A stretch of 61,990 nucleotides of DNA, the filler included. It is 6 parts of 6 records of this genome, joined end to end, with 100 filler letters (N's around TTAATTAATTAA, not from the genome) between each part and the next. Parts side by side here need not be neighbours in the genome. Positions count along the whole stretch, not along the records: positions 55,499 to 61,990 come from DRR723986_2975; 5 more parts are not named here. One strand, written 5' to 3'. Both the position numbers and the translations under genes were made by a program. This document shows, piece after piece, positions 60,829 through 61,990 of this stretch; within the stretch, counting starts at the first letter, position 1, and each line of letters starts with the position of its first letter. The notes under the pieces were generated by a model. The model was not told the DNA's origin. It saw only the letters and a program-made list of their open reading frames with translations, and searched no databases.

Positions 60829-60950
60829 GCCGCAGCGTTGGCGTGGGGGCGGGCCAGTGTCAAGCCACGCCAGCCAAACAAAAAGACCCCACCGCGCCGC
60901 GAAAACGCGACGTCAGGCAGGGCCAATTGCGTGTTGGGCGGCGGGGCCGC

Positions 60951-61202
60951 TCAAACGTAGTAGATGTCTTTGAACACGTAATGCACGATGTCGTCGCGTT
61001 TGAGGTTCATTTCCGCCAGTTCGGCGTCCGATTTTGCCCGCAGCCGTTCCACACGGTCGATCCGCCGTTGGCCGGCGGAATTGGTCATGATCGCGCGGCC
61101 AAACTTCAAAAAGCCATTGGCAATTGTATCCAGCAGATTGCGGGTCATGGTGATTTCCCGGCCCAGTACTTCGGCGGGGGATGCGATGTCGTTATATGCC
61201 AT
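60951..61202 (-). CDS. Small DUF1127-like protein
   Basis: 'RLRAKSDAELAEMNLKRDDI' resembles the DUF1127 L..LSD..L.D.G..R.DI pattern; start uncertain (61202 or 61148). Confidence 0.65.
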   Translation of the reverse strand: MAYNDIASPAEVLGREITMTRNLLDTIANGFLKFGRAIMTNSAGQRRIDRVERLRAKSDAELAEMNLKRDDIVHYVFKDIYYV

Positions 61203-61327
61203 TGTTTTATCTCAGCAAATGATTGGGTTGTCTTGACCTCTACATAGGGGCCGACATCACCGGGCAGTACCGACAATACTGCATAGCCGCCGCCCACCCC
61301 GCACAGGGCAGCGGCGCGCCAGACAGA

Positions 61328-61783
61328 TCAATCTGCTGCGTTCACGCGGACCAGGGCGTCACGGGCGATCATGATGTGAAACGGCAGGATCATCCGCAGA
61401 TAAAGCTGACCGCCGATGTTGTGGGGATGCACCCTGGTGGCCAATGACACCTGCCCGCCCTGCCGCAAAACCGACACGCGAAAATCAAGGTGGCGGTCGT
61501 TGAACCCTGCGATCAACTCGCCTTCGGTGTCGATCTCAACCGGAAAAATGCCAACTTTGTCTTTGCTATCCGGCCCGTCGTTGGACAAACCAAAGGGGGT
61601 GGTGACCCAGCGGCGGATCATCAACAGAAATTGCGCCCAACCGGGAAAGCTGGTGATGATCTCGGCGGCGCGGCGCGGCGGCATATCCGCGGCAACTGTA
61701 TAACAATCGACAAAATCATGCGGCCCGACCCGCGACCAAAGCTGGCTGTGGATGGGTAGATCAATCTTGCGGACCCGTGTCAT
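61328..61783 (-). CDS. DUF2867-like protein
   Basis: DFVDCY, P.W...L..IR....PFGL, GIFPV, E.IAGFNDRHLDFRVS, HN..G.LY...I.PFH. Confidence 0.75.
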   Translation of the reverse strand: MTRVRKIDLPIHSQLWSRVGPHDFVDCYTVAADMPPRRAAEIITSFPGWAQFLLMIRRWVTTPFGLSNDGPDSKDKVGIFPVEIDTEGELIAGFNDRHLDFRVSVLRQGGQVSLATRVHPHNIGGQLYLRMILPFHIMIARDALVRVNAAD

Positions 61784-61875
61784 GTCGGCGCTCCCTGGCT
61801 GATTAAGGTCAGCCTAGCCGCGCCCGGCCTCCGCTGCAGTGCGGCATAGGGGCGCAGCACCCCCCGCCCTGCCCG

Positions 61876-61990
61876 TCAACCGACGTGGAACAACGTGTTG
61901 AACAGCTTGGGGTCGATGCTTTGCATCTCAAAGGTTGGCCCCTCGGTCAGAACGCTGATCGCATCATGGCTGTGCAGGCTTTCCTGATGG
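61876..61990 (-). CDS. folE2: GTP cyclohydrolase IB, C-terminal fragment
   Basis: Manual translation HQESLHSHDAISVLTEGPTF...FHVG-stop; ESLHxHDA signature. Confidence 0.8.
   Translation of the reverse strand, partial: HQESLHSHDAISVLTEGPTFEMQSIDPKLFNTLFHVG

Overview
The window is not one genome. It is six unrelated contigs joined by artificial 100-bp linkers (44 N + TTAATTAATTAA + 44 N), so gene neighbourhoods only mean something within a contig. Taxonomy below is inferred from gene content and order. Contig 1 (1-25536, high-GC gammaproteobacterium, Halieaceae/Cellvibrionales-like): ccoN, a Yip1-family gene, fnr and hemN with two FNR boxes; a TeiR/TesR-like LuxR regulator; a DUF1631-GGDEF-EAL protein; an SDR; a complete, translationally coupled coenzyme F420 operon (npdG-cofE-cofD-cofC-fbiC) running into ung; then ygfZ-sdhE-ygfX-nadB-rpoE-rseABC-mucD-lepA. 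Contig 2 (25637-33298, taxon unclear): a degenerate 45-bp-period repeat, an exonuclease-DinG helicase, and a troABCD metal transporter whose permease is fused to a DtxR domain, preceded by a perfect 24-bp palindrome. Contig 3 (33399-39543, Rhodobacteraceae-like): hpaE, hpaD, an FAH-family gene, hpaH, an SDR, a P450 and ureG. Contig 4 (39644-48800, Roseibium-like): a Cys-rich RAPP leader ORF with an RBS-sequestering hairpin ahead of PCuAC-SCO, tlyA, an rlmD-like gene, a methyltransferase, an HTH-RibBX fusion, a yghX-like gene and aroC. Contig 5 (48901-55398, Marinobacter-like): two polyamine-type ABC systems, a lone DctP and an MCP tail. Contig 6 (55499-61990, Roseobacter-group-like): glyQ, a SPOR/PG-binding pseudo-protease, a ThDP decarboxylase, trkH, small proteins and a folE2 tail. 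Best novelty candidates: (i) the apparently leaderless Cro-like HTH-RibBX fusion with an upstream operator-like palindrome and an internal SD+GTG start, and (ii) the gammaproteobacterial F420 operon flanked by steroid-catabolism-like genes. No database search was run; family calls come from motifs and recalled similarity.
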